Assembly: GCA_044892525.1 (NCBI GenBank)
Contig: CM097885.1
Span: 52,392,001-52,456,000, forward strand
Length of the DNA: 64,000 nt
Origin: Schmidtea polychroa
Lineage: Eukaryota
Direction of reading: 5' to 3'
This document shows, one piece after another, positions 28,058 through 41,030 of the stretch. Made by a program: the position numbers and the translations under genes. The notes under the pieces were generated by a model. It was given only the letters and a program-made list of their open reading frames with translations. It was not told the DNA's origin and searched no databases. The first letter of the stretch is position 1; every line of letters starts with the position of its first letter.

Positions 28058-29124
28058 TATAATTATTATTACTTAAAAGACGCTGAAGTTAATTTCAGAC
28101 GTTAGAATGACAATTGGACAGTCGATAATAAAGAAACTGCAAATCTGGAATTATCAAAAACTGATGTGTAAGATCTGTTAAAATTGAGAACTAATTAGAA
28201 AGTTTAAATTAAATTAGGTATAAAATTATAATATTAGAGCTATAAAATCCGTGAATATAAAAAAACATCAATATCTTTACTGATTCATAGTCAATTTTTA
28301 ATAAATACAATGGAAATATTAATTGTAAGAAAACCAATAAAAATTGTCGGTAATGTTAAAAGAAATTATATAATAATATATGATTTGATATAGTGTTAAA
28401 TTACAAAAACTAAAATGTTCAAAATAAAATATTATTGTAATTTAAAAGTTTTAAAAGTTCAAAGTTTTAAAAAATCTGTCATACATCCTGCCATTCCAAA
28501 TCAAACTGAGAGCAATTTTAGGAAAAATGATTAATTATACGATTAAATGTTTTTTTTTATTTTTTGTTAATATATTTAAAATTATTTTTTTGCCTTTCCT
28601 ATTAAAAAATCCATATTAAAATTTTGTAAAATATATTTTATTGAATTACAATCAAATTTTATTTCTAGTTTAAATTTATTAAAAATATTTTTGAGATTTA
28701 TTTGAAAAAATTAATTTGTCACCTCCAGGAACAAGTACTGTGGGCCTTTCTGAGTCAGTATAAGCTTAAGGTTAAAATCAATTAAGTCATTGAAATATTT
28801 TTTGGTTATTTCTTAAATTATTGAAAGATTAAGATATAAGTTATTTTAGTAACGAGTACACCCTATCAATACTTTGAATAACGTATGCCAACTGTATTTA
28901 TAGTCAAATATTTGTTATTTGCGAAGTTTAAAATTTTCAGGCGAATCAAGTTTTCAAGAAGTGAATATTTGCTTATAAGTTATTTATTCAAGAAAATTTT
29001 CAGATTGTGAGAAAATTTAAAAATTTCACTTGATCTGAATTAAAGAAATTCGAAACTTTTAAAAAATCCATAACTAATTAAACTCTTATTTAAAAAAAAT
29101 TCTTTAATAAATCAAAGAACTCAC

Positions 29125-30004
29125 TATTATTACTTGAGCTATGATTGCTCTGAGTTATAACTTTATTTCTGTCAATAAACGACTTATAATGTACATTCAT
29201 TTTCACAACTTCGGATCCTTGATTTGATAAAATAAAGCCTTGTTTTAATTGTCTTGATTGTTTTGAAGCTGCCAGATAAATGGTGTGATACAATATAATA
29301 ATTATGATACATGGAACATAGAATGAAACAAGTGTTGAAAAAATAACGTAACCCCATGCACTATTGACTTCGCAGTTGCAATTAGCTAGGTTTTCTATAA
29401 CAGATAAATTTGTCAAATTTCTGAAATCAGTCATTGTGAATGGGGCTAAGCTAACTACAAATGAGATGGACCAGATTAAAAGTATTGCATAAATTATTCG
29501 TCTTTTTGTGATAATAATATTTCTTTTTAATGGCCGAGTAATCCCAATATATCTATCAATGCTAATAATACAAAGACTACTAATGCTTGCCGTACAACAA
29601 AATACATCCATGGCTGTCCAAAAGTTACACAAAACTGATCCGAATATCCATAGTTTAAAGAGTGTCTTTGCAGCAGAAAACGGTAAAACACAAATTCCCA
29701 GCAACAAGTCTGCAACTGCTAAATTTGCTATTAAATAAACAGTTGATGGGACAAGATTTTTGTTTTTTTTAGATGCTATCAAAACCATTATGTTACCAGA
29801 GATAGTCAGAAAAATCACGCTGAACAAGCATATACCAACTAAAGTTGAAATAAAGATATTTTCCACTTGTATTTGATGAAAACAATCCGAAAACTTAGGA
29901 ATATATTTCGTAAAGTTTTCTGATTTCATTTCATTATTTATGTGAACTAAATTTTGAATTTGAAATGTATTATTTTCAAGTTTATTTTGATTGGCTGATT
30001 GCAT
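29125..30004 (-). CDS. Aminergic GPCR (alpha1-adrenergic/octopamine-alpha-like), first coding exon (N-terminus to ICL3)
   Basis: ATG at 30004; GNxxV, NLAVADLL, TM3 DVFCCTASISSLCIISIDRY, TM5 YVIFSTLVSFYVP; GTGAGT donor at 29124, phase 1. Joined CDS is 880+108+230=1218 nt (405 aa). Confidence 0.93.
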
Positions 30005-30571
30005 CAATCATTTCACATTACTTATCAATGAAATCCTCGAATTTTATTGGTCAATTAGCACTTTAAAATAAATGTTATTTAGAAATCTTTCAATTTTTAT
30101 ATTTATTTTTTTTAAATTATTACAATTAGTAAGTGTAATTATCCCTTGTAATTTATCAACTTTCATCTTGGGTGTTTGGTTATTAATAATAATCAATACA
30201 ATGTCAATTGAAAAGAAATCAGTGGTAAAAATTGAAAAAAGTTCTTATAATTATTGGATTGTTTGTGACTAATTATTTTCTTTAAATTAAATATTAATAA
30301 CCTTCCCAATATATATATTAATAATTGGATAATTGTTAGAAACTATGAGCAAGATATGCATTTCAAACACTAATTGAATTTACTTACCTCGCTATTAAAT
30401 GCTCGACAAATATACAGTTTACAACAATAAACATTAAATATTCACAAAACGTTTTCAAAATCTTTCTGCGTTTAATCTTTAATATTATTAGACGTTTTTC
30501 CTTTTTACTACTATTGAGTTGCATAAAATTGATAAGATAAAATTTGATAAATTTCGTGGAAACCGTGCGCC

Positions 30572-33007
30572 TAGAGCATCTGTTTCTCGCCGGTTTCATT
30601 TCTCGTCGAGACGAGAGTTCTCGACAAAATTTGTACGAGATCTCGAGAAATCTCGAGATATTAATACATAAGAAAATGTAAAGAAACAAAAACAAATCAT
30701 ATAAAGAGAGTAATATAAAATTTATTCATTTTTTTTAAAATATGATTTTAAAAAACATAACATATTTATGGAATCATCTCCCAATGCAGAATGTTTTTTA
30801 GTAAAAAAATTTCCGGCAGTTGAAAAAACTCTCTCACTCTCGTTCGATGTTGGCTTAATTGTTGTTAACGCTTCCAAAATATTCTTCAAATTGCCCGAAA
30901 TAATCCCATTTAACTCATATAAATTAAATTCTTTAGCCAGGGATTTGTTTATATCCTCATTTATCGGCATTGTCTTGAACCGAGATGCTACGTTTTGTTG
31001 TAATTTATCCAAAAGTGTTGTACTTTGCGGCTGACTTATTCCTGTTGCTACTGTTGTTATTTCGCTGCAATTTTGTTCTTCTTCAGAGTTAACATCCTTT
31101 TGAAAGTGCTTGTTCATAATATCTTTTATTGTTTTTAAAATTTCGGTTTTAGAACACAAGTTTAGCTCTTCAAAGGAAATATTTGATTTTAATATTTGTG
31201 GTTTCTGTAAGAATTGCTTATTTCTTCTTGCGTTAAATCTGTTTTTTAATGCAGAAAGAAGTTCTTTAGCCAGACTACTTCTATTTTCATTTATGGTTTC
31301 GAATAGGAACTGGAAAATACCTTCGCTAGTTAATAAATTTGAATCTTCTTTACCGAGTGCTTCAACAGCTAAGTTAACTGGCTTTAAAATATTCATTAAA
31401 TTTTCCAAAATAGTGATATCATTTTCTTCAATAATATAATTTTCAATATTTAAAAATTTTAACGTATCATTAACACTTTCTTTAATTTTCAAATATCTCT
31501 CAATCATCACTACAATAGTGTTCCATCTAGTTCGGCAATCCAACAATAATGAAAGTTCTTTCCCCTGCTTTTCTTTTACTTTATTTTGCAGAATAGAATT
31601 ATTTGTTGGTGATAGTTTAAAATATTTCACGATTTTCCTCAAACGATTTAAAATAATATTAATGTCACTATTAATATTTGGTACTTGTATGTTGTAATCT
31701 TCAAAATATGTGCTTTCATCAGAAAGTTCAGAGTCTGAGGAAGATAAATAAGAGTCAATTTGTGGTAAATATTCGACAGGTTTCTTATACAGTACGTCTA
31801 AAATAGCCAAGTGAACACTATGGTTGTAGCAAAGTTGATGGTATGACGGAATCAATTTACCAAACTTTACCATAACAACTGCACCATCACTTGTGCAACT
31901 AACTATGTCCGAAAAGCTTAGTCCAAAATCACGCAATCTATTTTTAACCATTTCTACAGCCTTTTCACTTGGACAAGCGCCATCTATTCTTGCAAGTCCT
32001 AAATTACAAAATTTACCATCACTGTAGTGTAGATTAATGTTCATATACCGCCGGTTTCTTGTACTAGTCCATTCGTCTGTTGTGATGCTGAATTTGGTGT
32101 TGCTGGTTTTTAATACATTGATTTCATCGCATATATGACTTTTTATTTCATAATAATAATCTCTGACAAGTTTTTGAATATCGGATTGATGTTTTGGTAG
32201 CGTATAGCCCCGCTCAGTAATTGATTGTCGGATGAAGCTACTATTACTGATGGCACGAAAAGATATTCCATCCTTTGCCACTAATCGCGAAATAATTTGA
32301 GCTAAAGATGCTCGTTTTACAAATTTAAATATAGATGATTGAAATTTTGGCTTTTTGGCAGGAACATTTTCTTCGGTTTCATTCTCTTGGTGTAAGGTAT
32401 TTTTGGTCTTAATTGATATACTATGTTTCGTCTTTAAATGACGTATTAAACCAGTTGTTGATGATCCTTTAATGGATATTTTGCTTGTGCAGTAATTGCA
32501 TACTGCATATTCACCTTTTTCATTTTTTTTGTAATGTTTCCATGATTCTGATTCCATTTTTGGGAAGTCTAATTTTAAATTTTGAATCTACAAGTAAAAA
32601 ATTTCGTTAAGAAATTGTAATAATTTATTAATTCAGTGTTATTTGAAAAATATACCTTCTTTTATTTTCGAAATATTTTTGAAATATAATAATCAGTGTC
32701 TTTACGAAATCAAACTAACATAACAAAACATTCATTTTGCATGTTAAAGAAAACCATGGAAACACAATAATCACAAAAAAAAGCAATGCAACTAGATTCA
32801 AAAAAAACCTTTTTTTTTTAATTTTTCTCATAGCAAATTATCTCTCACAAAAAGAAGAATACCTAGCAACTAAATTTTAAAAAAATTATAAATTTTTTAT
32901 TCTTGTCTCGACGAGAAGTACCATAATGTCTCGGCGAGACGAGAAGTTAAAAAAAATACCATTCTAGCGAGAAATTTCTCGCGAGAAATCTCGAGACAGA
33001 CACTCTA
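30572..33007 (-). mobile_element. Full-length hAT (Ac-like, BED-finger) transposon
   Basis: Perfect 8-bp TSD CGTGCGCC (30564-30571, 33008-33015); imperfect TIRs TAGAGCATCTGT / TAGAGTGTCTGT; subterminal CTCG/CGAGA repeats. Confidence 0.93.
30722..32557 (-). CDS. hAT transposase, 611 aa
   Basis: BED finger (W...CNYC...HLKTKH), SITTDEWTS, CTSDGA, CYNH, TRWNT and PTSNESERVFS. Confidence 0.92.
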   Translation of the reverse strand: MESESWKHYKKNEKGEYAVCNYCTSKISIKGSSTTGLIRHLKTKHSISIKTKNTLHQENETEENVPAKKPKFQSSIFKFVKRASLAQIISRLVAKDGISFRAISNSSFIRQSITERGYTLPKHQSDIQKLVRDYYYEIKSHICDEINVLKTSNTKFSITTDEWTSTRNRRYMNINLHYSDGKFCNLGLARIDGACPSEKAVEMVKNRLRDFGLSFSDIVSCTSDGAVVMVKFGKLIPSYHQLCYNHSVHLAILDVLYKKPVEYLPQIDSYLSSSDSELSDESTYFEDYNIQVPNINSDINIILNRLRKIVKYFKLSPTNNSILQNKVKEKQGKELSLLLDCRTRWNTIVVMIERYLKIKESVNDTLKFLNIENYIIEENDITILENLMNILKPVNLAVEALGKEDSNLLTSEGIFQFLFETINENRSSLAKELLSALKNRFNARRNKQFLQKPQILKSNISFEELNLCSKTEILKTIKDIMNKHFQKDVNSEEEQNCSEITTVATGISQPQSTTLLDKLQQNVASRFKTMPINEDINKSLAKEFNLYELNGIISGNLKNILEALTTIKPTSNESERVFSTAGNFFTKKHSALGDDSINMLCFLKSYFKKNE

Positions 33008-33122
33008 CGTGCGCCTAAACGGTTAGCAGTAAAACAAATTAATCAAAAAATATTTTCAAAATGTAACATAAACCCTTCAAGATCTCAAATAAAAATTTAC
33101 AAAAATGTTAATTTAGTAAATA

Positions 33123-34670
33123 ACGGATAACTCCAGATAGTATGAGTCATATTATTTATTAATATGACCAAAAAATAAAAAATCCTTACATGGTTAAGTA
33201 AATTAGTCATACTATTTGAATTTAAAGAAATATAAAAAACATAATTGTATTTTTAATCATTCGTCAGCTAGATCAAATACATCTGGTTCAAAATCGTACT
33301 CGTTCTGAGTTGGTGTTGAATCTTCAAATATCGAATTAATAAATTCGCTTCGGAATCTCTCACCATAAATATCATGTTTAGATATATGCCAATCCTCGAC
33401 ATTCTCCGAAAACCCAGCTGATTGAATAGAGTTTTTTTATGTTTTGGATAGACATCGAGCTCCAAGCATTACTAATCCAAAGATTCAAAAGCCCTTGGCT
33501 GGGAGCCTTGGGATTTCCACGTCTTGTGTATTCTATTGCCTCGGAGTTTTTCCAAATATTAATAAAACTGGAAATTCTGTCTTTAAATTCTTTAAAAATT
33601 CCAATATCTCCTGCTTGTAAATAGAGGGTTAATCTGCCGGGTATTACCACAAGTTTTATATTTATTTTACTGCAGTGCTCTTTTACACGTTCTGAAATAT
33701 GAGCACGGCAAGAATCCCATACAATACATTTTCCTGACTAGCATCAAACATTGGAAACATTAAATGTATCCATGCGAATATTAAATCTTGATTTACCCAT
33801 GCTTTTTCTTGTGTAGTGCTATAAATATTGTTGAGCGACTTTTCTTCCATTAGCCCAAACTGACACAATTACTGTTATTCGCATGGAAGAAAACCCTGTT
33901 GATTTCATTATTACATGTCTCCGTCCTTTTAAATCAACTGTATTATCTTCAAAATAAACAGTTGTTTCATCCATTAACAATGTTTTCGACAAGTCAACAT
34001 TAGGGATCGTAGCTCTTAAAAAACCCATATAATTAATGACACGGGAAATTAACGTATCATCTGATAAACTCGTAAAGTTGGTTCTTCTTCTAAGCGACAA
34101 TCCCTTTCTTTTCATGAAACCGTCAATCCAGCGTCTTGAAGCTTTGATGTTAATATTATTTTGTTCTCCTAATGTAATAGCTCGATCGGATATGAAAGTT
34201 TGAGTAACTTTTATTTTCATTATTCTTAATTCAATAATTTCATCAAAAATTAATTTTTCAATAGATCCCAGCAAAAGATTTCTTCCGTCTCCAGATACTC
34301 TTTTCATCGATGCAGATTGTGCTCTAATCGCTTCTTTGTTCTTATACCACTGCTGAAACATAGATTGACTATACGAGCAACTATCTCTGTCGCCGAAAAA
34401 GTTTTTGCCTTATAACATGAATTTCGAAGCTCCATATATGAAATCACTTTTTTCTAAAAAGCAATTGTAAATGTTCTTTTTTTCATTGGGGTGATTTATA
34501 AGAAAAATTTATTATAGAAATTTTATTATTGATATAAAAGAATTTTAAAAAAACATTAAATATTAATGGTCATACTATTTATTAGTATGACTTTTTATAA
34601 AAAAGAAATGATCATATTATTAGGAATAGTCATGTTATTAGGAATGGTCATATTATATGGAGTTATCCGT
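33123..34670 (-). mobile_element. Decayed pogo (DD35D) transposon
   Basis: TIRs ACGGATAACTCCA / TGGAGTTATCCGT with TA TSDs; frameshifted transposase LMDETT, WDSCRAH, YLQAGD (35 aa spacing). Confidence 0.88.
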
Positions 34671-35039
34671 TAATTAAGAAGCATGGATAAATATATTATT
34701 AAAATGTGTAGCAAAATATCAGTAGAATATAGAAAAACAGATCTTAAAATATTAATGTAGAAAGATTGGAGTTTCTTCAGATAAAGAAACAACAAATTGA
34801 AAATGTTTTGTGATTACCAGCAGTTTTGTCTTCGGAGAAAAACAAGAAAAAAATATTAAAATTAGAATGGAAAAGTGAGAATTGTCTTCTTCGTCTAGTG
34901 GTTGCAAATAAATAATACATCGTACCAAAGAAATGTAAACGCACTTTGCGTGATCAAAAAAACAAATATATTACCGATTAAAAGTACAAATTAAAGAAGA
35001 CAGAAGTAGAATATTTGTAGTCAGAGCAAAGAATACAAA

Positions 35040-35440
35040 GACCACTGATTACCATTTTGATTTAAACATTACCGAAGTGATAATGAAAGAACAAACGTCT
35101 TGAATCATGTCATTAAGAATGTTGTTGTATTCTATCAACTCCCACATTTAAATTAATCGACTGTAGCTGGCGTTGATATATAGACCTTCTCTTTATTGAA
35201 TCCCCACAAAATATCCAATAAAGTGTGGCCTAGAGTGCGGAGGCCATTCAATAGCACTTCTTCGTCCAATTCATTTATTAGACAGATTTTCAGGCTGGTA
35301 AGCTATCACATCACGATTATCGTTAGAAGGTGATCTAACTTGCTGAACATAATACTCTTCTTCATCGTCAAACTGCTCACGAATACTTGTCATGAAATTT
35401 TCTGCAGCGAATTCAAGTAAACGACACTAGTCACAGAGTC
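35040..35440 (-). pseudogene. Tc1/mariner (rosa/maT-like) transposase remnant
   Basis: YYVQQ...K*IGRRSAIEWPPHS...ILWGFNKEKVY resembles the WIGR..WPPRSPDL..LWG..K.KVY block. Confidence 0.65.
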
Positions 35441-35785
35441 ATTAAAAATGGCCCAATTAAACCTCGCTATTTTTCAAATTTTATGATTTTATATAAATTA
35501 TTTTTAAGATTATTTTTAAGATTTTTAAATTAAATTAAACTATCGATTTTTAAGTTAAATTTTAAAAATGTTAATTAAAATTGTTAATTAATGAATTTAA
35601 GATTTAAAATATTAAGTACTTATGTTTTTGAAGGAATAACCTTTACACGAAATTGACATGGCAGTGAAGACATTCAGAGAAATTAATGCGAAAAATTAAT
35701 AGAATTTAGTCTAATATCAGACATTATTTTAAACAAGTTGTACCTAAAAAAGAAAAATTAAATAGAAAGTGCGAGGTATTAAAAT

Positions 35786-36070
35786 GTATATGTCGTAGGC
35801 AAATGGTAATTTTAGGAAAATAACATTTGGCTAGGCAAATGCCATTTGCCTGGTCAAATAGCTTTAGCTATTATTTCATTTCATGGTAATTTTAGGAATT
35901 TATTTCCATTTTAATTCATTTCCATTTATTATTTCATTTCCATAACATTAGAATTATTTGCCCGACAAAGATTTGCTAAATAATAGCTAAAGCTATTTGA
36001 CCAGGCAAATGGCATTTGCCTAGCCAAATGTTATTTTCCTAAAATTACCATTTGCCTACGACATATATAC
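35786..36070. mobile_element. Foldback MITE with ~90-bp near-perfect inverted repeats
   Basis: TATATGTCGTAGGCAAATGGTAATTTTAGG...GCTATTATT is mirrored at ~35979-36068; no clear TSD. Confidence 0.8.
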
Positions 36071-36147
36071 AATTTTTTCGAGACTCTGTATAATGTAAAG
36101 TAATCAGGAATTAAAAAGGTGCAGGAGAGGTGTAATGAATTTGTTAA

Positions 36148-36658
36148 CTCTGTTTAGCCCCTGTTGTAACAAAATTTCCCACATTTATTAAAATATGTAG
36201 TTAAAAGAATTTTCAGCGTAATTTCTGCTCTTAGTGCCTAAGACCCATTGTTGCAAATATGTAACAGTTACAATTTGATATTTCATATTTATTTTCAACA
36301 CAATCACTTAGGAACCTACATCTTGTTTATTTGTTTTTGTGAAGATTTATGTCACTCGTATTTTAATTATATTTAAAACTTTAACCTCATCAAGTATGTA
36401 TGTTCTCAATTACTATTATTTGCATTAATGTATAGATTATTTGAATATATCATTTGAATATGTTTTGTATACAGCATTTTTTCTAAATTGTCATATGTGC
36501 ATTAGGTTTATGACATTTTTGTACATCGGTGCAATAAAGCCACAAAACTAAGAGAGGCTTCGGAAAATTATGAAATAAATTTCCTCATATACTTTAACTG
36601 ATATACGTCTAAATCTTTTATTTTTCAACACTCAAAAGTCATCTTGGGCTAAACAGAG
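36148..36658. mobile_element. piggyBac-like non-autonomous element
   Basis: TIRs CTCTGTTTAGCCC / GGGCTAAACAGAG flanked by TTAA on both sides. Confidence 0.8.
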
Positions 36659-36858
36659 TTAATTAAATTTACAAGAAAAGAAATCAATAAATTTAGACGG
36701 AAAATTGTTATTTTTACATTGAAGAACGGTCCTTAGAAGGTTGATGTATAAAACTAATTAATGTTTTAAAAGTTTATCGATTCCATCGATCAGAAAAAAA
36801 ACATAAGCAAGTCAGTTATAACAATCGCAGATCAGAATGCGACATTAATGATTAAAGT

Positions 36859-37604
36859 CAGGGTTACCAACTCTGGAACGAGTCAGACCCGAAGAAATTA
36901 TTTTTACATCCGAAGATTTAATAATATATAATAAATGTATATGAATATAAAACAAAATATATTTATTCAATAACAATAAAACATAAAACAACAAAATTTA
37001 TTCAATAAGAAAACATAAAAAAATTAGGAGCTTCAGAAAATATAATTAATTCTTAAATTATATTTTGTTGTTTTTAATGAACATTCAAGTCATTTTTTTG
37101 TTCTGGTGCTTATAAATATGTAAGAAAATCTTCACATTTCATGTCGAAATTTATTCTTACAGAAAGTTCAGCTTTAATAAGCGCTATTCTCATTTTATTT
37201 CTTTCATCTCTCCAAACGGAATTCATTATTGAGTATTATTAAGTATTATTAAGTATTATTAAGTTGTGTTGCTTGTATTATTTATTATAATTATATTACT
37301 TACACGTTTTAATTTTTTTATTTATTACACAATTACATTACTTCACCTTCACGCAACGTTCAACTGCAAAATGAAATTCAAAATTGACAACTCATACTAT
37401 TATCCCAGCTAACTTTACCAACAATTAATATAATCCCAGCAAAAAATAAGTAATAATCCCTGCAGAATTAAATAAAAACTAAACCTGCAAACATTTTGAA
37501 AATATTTTGACAACCCCGAAGAAATAAGTGTTCAACCCGAAGATCCGAAGTTACCTCATCAAACCCAAAGTCTTCGGGTGAAAATGGTCGAGTTGGTAAC
37601 CCTG
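36859..37604 (-). mobile_element. hAT (Blackjack-like) deletion derivative
   Basis: 15-bp TIR CAGGGTTACCAACTC; perfect TSD ATTAAAGT; remnant MNSVWRDERNKMRIALIKAEL on the minus strand. Confidence 0.9.
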
Positions 37605-38309
37605 ATTAAAGTAGATTAATTTGCGAAATTGAAAGAGTTTTCTTCAGGTTTCAATAGGTAAAAAGTGTGATTTCAATATAATTATTTATTAATTTTTATT
37701 TAATTATTTAATATTTAATTTATTAATATTTTTTTAAAGATACAAAATTAAGATTTATCTTATATTGAAAATATTTTACATTTTTCAGAATTAAAATATT
37801 GAAAGTATTTTTTTAATAAATATTTTATATTTTATTTATTAATTACACTATCTATTACCTAAAAAATTGAAGAATGTTCCAACAAATTAAATTAATATTT
37901 TCAATAAATTTGATTTTCATTGTTTTGGAATTGAAAATAAAGTGCCATGCTATGCCAAATCAATTTTGTCACTTAAAACTGTCGAATATAAGTGAATAAA
38001 TTAATTCAACAATTGATGTATTCTTCTAAAGTTTTTTTGAAAATTTCTTCTGATGGTTTTCTAATTAAAAAACAACATTTTCCTAGGTTATGTAAATTCC
38101 AATCGTATTTCAACAGAGAATCAGAATTAAAATTTCCCCCCGTGAAAATTAAAAAATAAAATAGAATTTTACTTAGACTAACGATGTATACTTTTACTTT
38201 ATAATAAAAGTTTACAAGAATCACAACTTTTTGACATGAAGAAAGATAAACGAGTTCAAAAAATTTAATAATACCTATTTATTAAATTAACAACTTTTTC
38301 AAAACTTTT

Positions 38310-38596
38310 TTTACATTTATTATCCCACTACATAAACATTGCTAAGTATTCTTCCATTAAATTTCCATCAATGCATTTCATTTTTTTGGAGATAATTTTC
38401 TTTTGTCCAAAAACGATTCAATAAACTGGGTATGAACTCATGTTCTTGAATCTACAAAATGTAAACTATGGTTTACTTTGTGATGCTCCAAACCAAGATC
38501 TTGAATTTTATTGTAAGCGGCCCAGCAATCAATATAAATAGTTGATCTGTCTTTTACTCTCAACTGTATTACGGATAATAATTCATTTGCAGATTT
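38310..38596 (-). pseudogene. Merlin (IS1595/ISXO2-like) transposase fragment
   Basis: SANELLSVIQLRV...TIYIDCWAAY...HHKVNHSLHFVDSRT*VHTQFIESF; flanked by a ~118-bp direct repeat (38120-38237, 38606-38723). Confidence 0.8.
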
Positions 38597-39799
38597 TTAA
38601 AATTGATCAGAATTGAAATTCTCCCCCGAATAAATTAAAAAATAAAATTGAATTTTTCTTAGACTGACAGTGTATACTTTTACTTTATAATAAAAATTTA
38701 CAAGAATCACAACTTTATGACATAAAGTTAAAACTAATAACACTATTAAAAGTAAATAAAAAACTTAAAAAATATACTTTTTAAATATCAATTATTAGCT
38801 ACCATGAATTTCTTACTTATATCAATAAAAATAAATAAAAAAATACACCCAAAAATGTTTTTAAAAATTTTTTAAATTAATATATCATTCAAAGAATACA
38901 AATTTAATTTAATATTATTATCGATAATAATAAATTTTAAAGATTAATTTTTAAAAATTCTACATTTTCCTTAGCGTCACGAAATGATTTTGATGATTCG
39001 GCAAATCAAACAAAACATCATTTTTAATTACTTAATTTTAATTTAGTAGAAACGGAATTATTATAAAATCAATGCATTTTAAATTTCCATTTAATTATTT
39101 TATTTATATTTCTTAAATTTGTAATTTAAATTTGTAAGTTAACCATTTTCTTTAAATTTAACCTATTTTCTTATAAAATATGCCTATAAGATGGACAGTT
39201 TTCTATAAACTTCGATAATTATCAAGTAATTATCAAATAATTATCAACTTTCGTGTGTCCACTATGAAATAAGAACTACTACTGTCAGATTTATACATGA
39301 CAAATAAAATAACAGACAAGTTTAAACCTGCCTATAAACTCAAATAAACTTATGTAACACATGAAACGGAAGTGTCCGTAATTCGTTGCTTAAATATAAG
39401 TACGGTCTTCGATTATTTGTTACGATTTTTTTTTCACGGGAATATACGGTCTTCGGCGCGAAAAAGTTAAACTTATTATACATTTTGTTTTAATTCAAAG
39501 AAGTTCAAGCAGAAACGTATAAAGATTATAGGTAATAATATTTTATCTGTATTTTACAATTTTGCTGAATATCGTATTTTGCTATAAGTAAACAAGGTTG
39601 TAAATTCAAAAAAAGATTCAAGTCAGTGACAAATAAATTTACAAAATGAATGCTATAAAAGCTTTAGAAAGTCACCACTTATGAAAGTACTGATTAATAA
39701 TAATTGCGCTCGTTACTGACTCATTGTGTTCTTTGAATTCAACAAATATAACAAAACCGATTAATTTATAGTTGAATTATCACAACAAAAAAATACTTC

Positions 39800-41030
39800 A
39801 ATTCAACTAACCACCTCCGTTTCACAGTATCGAGACTCCACACAGTTTACAACACAAGTCACATTTTGAATATCACTGTTTCCAAATTTGATCTTTTCTG
39901 TTTATTTTTAATTTTTTCCTAATTTATTCCAAATAATTTTAATAATTCTTCTAATCTTGTTCCTTTTTTCCAGAGGCAAATTGTATTCTTGATATGGGCC
40001 TCTCTATATTTTAAAATTATCTATGTGAATAATGGTAGTCAGTCTTGAAAGAATGAATTGAATAGAATAACCAAGGTCATTATTTACAATACCGATTTTT
40101 GATAAAAAAGCATTAATCTTAATTTCTTTAGTTCTAAAAAGGAACACTAATCGAGAGTGAAAAAATACTTTGTATACTTTCTGCTTTTGCCACCCAAACA
40201 AATCAAAATCGTTTTTTATTTATTTCAGACTACTTTATTTAACATTTAACATTAACGGACTTTGGTCAAGTTTTTCACCGATTGATAATCCACGATACTG
40301 GTAAAATTCTTTCGTCAATAATTTCTTTATTTTGATATTGTCAATCGACACTTCACTAATAGTGTCAATATTTGGCAACTGAATATAAACACATTTTTCA
40401 GGTCGGTATTCAAACCCAATTTCACAGGACGTTTAGAATATTTTGTAAATCATGAGTATTATTAATCGGTAAGAGCGATATCATCAGCATATGCGAGAAC
40501 TTTGATTGGAAATTTGCCAATTTTGAAAAGTTCAACATTAGAAAAATTAACAGCTTGGAGAACGGGGTTAATTGAAATTGGAAACAAAATCATGAAAAGA
40601 GGACATCCTTTTTTGACATCTTGCTTTATTGAAATGTTAAGAGTTACTATCGGACCACAAGTGTAGAAGGAGCCGGTATCAGTGTATAATATTTTTAAAG
40701 TGTTTGTGAATTTTTTACATACCACAATTTGTCGCAAAAATTTCTACGAGTAATCATGAGGTACACTACCAAAAGTATCTTTGATGTCAAAAAACCCAAT
40801 ACCAATAGGTGTAGGTTTACTATATATTGAGTGTTCCAGACAAGAAGAAAGTATTGAATTGTGTTCAACACAACCATCGTGCACAGAACTGCCTTCTTCC
40901 GATATGAAGTAGATTGTTTTGTTTTACCCATAATGTAAGACTTAAATATTTTATCGTCAGCTAAATTCTTTTGAGAATCTTTTATAATATCTTGAAATAT
41001 CGGTAACAAAACTTTATGACATTTCCAATA
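39800..41030 (-). pseudogene. Non-LTR retrotransposon reverse transcriptase remnant
   Basis: DVKKGCPLFMILF and VLAYADDIAL motifs; many frameshifts. Confidence 0.8.

Noticed and set aside
29090..29124. ORF-track C-terminus (SEFFDLLKNFF*) and TTG start at 30007
   Set aside because: Read-through into the intron past the GTGAGT donor; the first ATG is at 30004.
39395..39470. ACGGTCTT motifs reminiscent of a flatworm spliced leader
   Set aside because: The rest of the leader, the donor and the Sm site are absent; more likely a transposon end.
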